From Sarea resinae (lineage: Eukaryota), in contig JAPEUD010000008.1 in the NCBI GenBank assembly GCA_026026165.1, positions 1-64,000 on the forward strand: a stretch of 64,000 nt of DNA. The letters are read 5' to 3'. The position numbers and the translations under genes were made by a program. Below, in pieces: positions 60,148 to 64,000 of this stretch. Each line of letters begins with the position of its first letter. The stretch's first letter is position 1. The notes below the pieces were generated by a model. That model had not been told where the DNA came from and made no database searches. It saw nothing but the letters and a program-made list of their open reading frames with translations.

Positions 60148-62182
60148 CTCGAGTTCAAGTCGGTGATGTCTGTCTGTTACCCAATATCTCTCTGTTCAGC
60201 TATATCCCATGCCCGTATGTTCGTCGCAAAGATCGTATGTACTATTTCTTCCCTTTTCCTTAATTAAAGAACGAAAGTCATCGCTTCATTTGCGGACACA
60301 AGATACAAAACGGAGTCGACGACGGGCATCACATGCTTTTCTGGTAAATTTTCAGCGGACCACCCAAAATACGAGGCAGCACGGTAGATGATCGGCCACG
60401 AGAGTCGCCGTCAAGATACGAATTGGAAAGAGTCAGCCGCAAGGGACTTTATCTATGACCAAGAGCACCGGCCTGACACGGCATATGGGTTAGTACACGC
60501 TCTCAACATTCCAAACATGCAGCCCTACGACTGACCAAATGTCTCAGACCCGGCTGGGGTCAAATGGCTTCTTCTGGTGAGGCTCTTCGACGGAAGCGAA
60601 AGCCTGTTTTGTGCTGTGAAGACTCACTCGGAAATGTCCGCGGTCGCAATTGTGGAGGACTAGAAAGAGCGTTGCCCTGGAAAGAGAAGGTCGTGCTGAC
60701 TCCCTTGCAGCCCCTTGGCTGTTGGCTTCCCTTTTGCTATCACGCCGAAGACTTCGGGTCGAGGCAGCGACAGGCTTGAGTGTCCAATGCAGAGACGGGC
60801 AGGACGGAAGAGCCGACAGGTTGGTGTCACACTGATGGGCCGATTAGAAAATGTTATCAGGCCCTGGTGGCTCGTGCACCTCCACCGACTCGCTAATTCA
60901 GCCGATGATCAGCGGTACAACGAGGAGAAAGACCGAAGAAGGCCTGGGAGCCTGGAAACACGGGAGACAGACACCCTGCTCGACGATGATCAAGGGTCGA
61001 AGTATCGGCGATCTCTCGAGGAGAGGTGGGGAAGGAGAGACGAAGAGAATGCGAGATGAAGGCTGAGCGATTGTAGTACTTGAAATGATCGAAAGGGAAG
61101 GCGGGGAGGAAGACGGAGAGAAAGAGAACGAGGAGAGGAAGGCAGTCACGGCAACGATGATGCAGACGATCGACCTCGAAGCTCGTGATGGTGGATGAGG
61201 CCGCTTGTTCTCAGAGCGGGATCAAATGTGCAGGTGAAGAAGGGTGACAAGAAGTGACATCAATCTCTTTCCGTTCTACAGGGTCTGCTCCACTGTGCAT
61301 TGAAATCGCCTGAATTACCGCTTTCGGTCAATCAGATGTCTTGGCCCGTGCATCTCACTCAACATCTGGTTCACATCCTGGCATTCTGGCTGCCCTGATC
61401 TACCCCCCCTCTTCCCTAACCCCCTGACTCAACCCACAATCTAGGTCCTCGAAAGTTGTCCCCTCGACAGAAGATTGGGAAAGAGAAAGGAGCAGACGGC
61501 TTGCAAAATGCTCGAACAGAGCAGGGGTGGCATTCAGGGAGGCATATACCCTATGCGCTCTGAGTCGTGGATCCTCTCCCCTCGACAAGGTATTCACAGC
61601 GTTGCACAACCTTAGATACTAACACGTCCTTGATTTCTCCTCGAAGTGGACCATCAATAGGGCGGGGTATATTACTGATTTTGCTTAAAGGGTCTATTAT
61701 CTGTAGCCATCGAATGAGACGTGTATCGTAAACAGCCGACTGCGACAAAAGGTATAATTCTAGTCGTGGGCAAAATGGAAGAGGACAAGTCTACACTACG
61801 CCGTAGGGCATGACCATATCGTGCAATCTCACAGGGACAGAATTGAATGGACATAGTTATTCATACATTCAGAGTCGTAAAGAACTGAATCAACGAGTGG
61901 TCTCCCGAAACCACCACTAGAAACGGCGCTGGTGCGCAGCGACGGTGGCTTATACAGACAGGCTAATAGCATAATGGCCCGCTCCCAAACCTTAGTATGT
62001 ACAAGAAGGTTTCCCTCCTGCCGTAAGGAGACTTCATATCAAATGAAAAGCCTTCTGATCTCGACGTATGTGGATCTAAGGCACCATGCTCTAATGCTTC
62101 GACAAAACGGAATTCCCCCAAACCCAAAGAACCTTCAACTGTCTGGGTCCTCCCAGCCAGCTGTATCATTTGCGAATAGCTC

Positions 62183-64000
62183 TCATTCTGCCTTCGATGA
62201 AAGACCCTCTCCTTCTTCGACGTGCACTTCGGCAACATGTAGCTCAATGTCTTGATTGCTAGGCACTCCAGTCTTGAGTTTCAAGTTATCGGCATCGAAG
62301 CGGGTATCAAGCTGGAGCTCATCTGAACTGAAATCGGATATATCCCGAATTGGAGAACCTAACCGCTTTGGCGTGTCTTCGAAGTCAGCGAGGACGCCTT
62401 CGTCATCCGCAAAATCCGCCATGCGGTTATCCACATCACTCAGCCCCGCGGAAGATCCATTGGCAGCCTTATCGCTACCTTCGAAAAGATCCTCGTCATC
62501 AGAGCCTGGTGGAGCTGCAGTGATGTGACTACTACCGTTTCCCCCGAGACTTTCAAATGACCAGCCCTGTTCCATAACAGCAGAAGGCCCATAACCGCCA
62601 TACGAGGATTCGGCGCCTTCGTCATCCATTTCCATACTTTCCAATGACTGCTCCCCAGACTGCAGGTCACTGGAATAAGCAGGAAGATCATCGTCGTTAT
62701 TCGTTAGATTCCCACCAGCTAAACCAGGCCCCGCTTGGCGAGTTGCTCCTGCTCCGGCTAAAGCTCTCGATGATCCACTGTGAAAGGAGCCGTCGAGATC
62801 CTCGCCTTCCCCCGCCGGCGAAGTCTCAGAGTCAGATTCCGACCGATTGGCTTCCTCAATCAGATGCTCAAAGAACGGACCTCCCAAAGGCTTATCTGAC
62901 CGTCTGCGATAGAAAAGAAGATACGCAGCGGGTGTAATCACCGCTTCCGTGTTACGCCGTTGGGAAACGTGAGAGTCTTTTCGAATAGTTAGCGGTGAAT
63001 TTCATTATCACGACATCTAAACCTTACCATTGTATTCATACCAATTTCCGTCGAAGAAATTCTGAGCAAACGCGGTGTAGTGACCCCCGCCGAGACCGCC
63101 ATAGTGATTGTCAACTGCAATAAGATCGTAGACATTATCCTTGCCATCTTCCTTCAAGGCAACCCTCTCGGTAAGGTCTAGATCTGTGATTGGAAAGTCG
63201 ACTAGAACATCGATCTTGTCTCGGAAACCCCTATTGGCGCTGAATCTTTTCAAATGAACAACGAGGATATCTGGGGATTTCCATAGCTCAAATTTCTTGC
63301 TGGCTCGACGATGTTCTTTGCATCGTGGGCAATACCAAGCATCGTTCTCAGAAAGTATCTCCTCTTTCCCGAACTCGTCCAAGCAGTCTTTTAGGCTGAT
63401 ACCCTGTTGCTTTCTTCTGGCACGGCGGGCCCGCTTCTCAATCAGTTCGGGATCGGCCACGATACGCGGTCTATACCATGTCGCCACGCCGCGAAAAGAG
63501 TCATTTCTATCTGTCGAGAAAAGGGTGTCGTGTGTCTCCGCGGGAATGTCAAGAATTAGCCCCTCTCCAAGGCCGATTAAGCCTCTGTTTTCTGATGAGC
63601 CAGGAGAGCCAGATACGTTATTAGATGATCCGTGGTCTTTCCTTGAGTAAGTGATCGTTCGTTTATTGTTTGATTGACTGGTCTTACCGGATGAAAGTCG
63701 AGTATCTTTTCTTGTGAACATGCTCTCAACTGAAGGGAAACCATCTGAGTCGCTACTTTCCTCAGCATCCATTGGGGCTATAGCATTGTTTGACTGCTCC
63801 GGGGTATGCTGGAAGTCTTCGTCGCTCTCGGACGGACTAGCCCCTCGGCGTGTGTGAAGAGGACCTTCACAGGATTGAGGCGGTTCCTGGCGACTCGGAC
63901 GAGGGAGTCGAGACTCGAGGGTTGGAAAGTCGCTGTTGTCACTTCCAATTGGGGTGTAACCCGTTGGCACCAATTCACCGTGTCCTTTGAACAACCTCAT
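62183..64000 (-). CDS. UBP12: Ubiquitin-specific protease Ubp12 (USP4/15-like), 3' part only
   Basis: SLKDCLDEF..EEILSENDAWYCPRCKEHRRASK, LVVHLKRF, His box NHYGGLGGGHYTA, |DSHVS, AAYLLFYRRR. Confidence 0.93.

Noticed and set aside
60715..61149. Short ORFs between the hypothetical gene and UBP12
   Set aside because: Purine-rich low-complexity sequence with no motif or splice support.
1..64000. CRISPR arrays, secondary-metabolite cluster, rRNA, or stop-readthrough peroxisomal signals
   Set aside because: None seen. The window is eukaryotic housekeeping DNA, and the stop codons I inspected lack the TGA-CTA readthrough context.

Overview
Gene-dense window of a filamentous ascomycete (Pezizomycotina-like) nuclear genome, judged from short spliceosomal introns with CTRAC branch sites and fungal housekeeping genes. 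About 23 protein genes are supported: fasciclin (partial), Bud4, Set9, mitochondrial uL14, Rpb9, Ess1/Pin1, twinfilin, Oca6-like phosphatase, DHFR, Med22, a Prr1-like kinase, a GDSAG alpha/beta hydrolase, a RING/RS-rich protein, CTP synthase, NOSIP-like, coronin, FHIP/RAI16, NC2alpha, tafazzin, Ubp12 (partial) and several hypothetical proteins. There is also an intron-containing tRNA-Val(CAC) and a pseudogene broken by hAT-like MITEs. The most unusual signals are in RNA processing. (1) The long second intron of RPB9 reads through in frame into an alternative CxxC-x5-CxxC C-terminus, suggesting a second Rpb9 isoform. (2) The CTP synthase frame is only restored by an AT-AC intron with U2-type signals. 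(3) ESS1 has a GA-AG-looking or decayed last intron giving two alternative C-termini. (4) The tRNA intron is 73 nt. Gene identities come from recognised motifs without any database search, and exon boundaries were read by eye.
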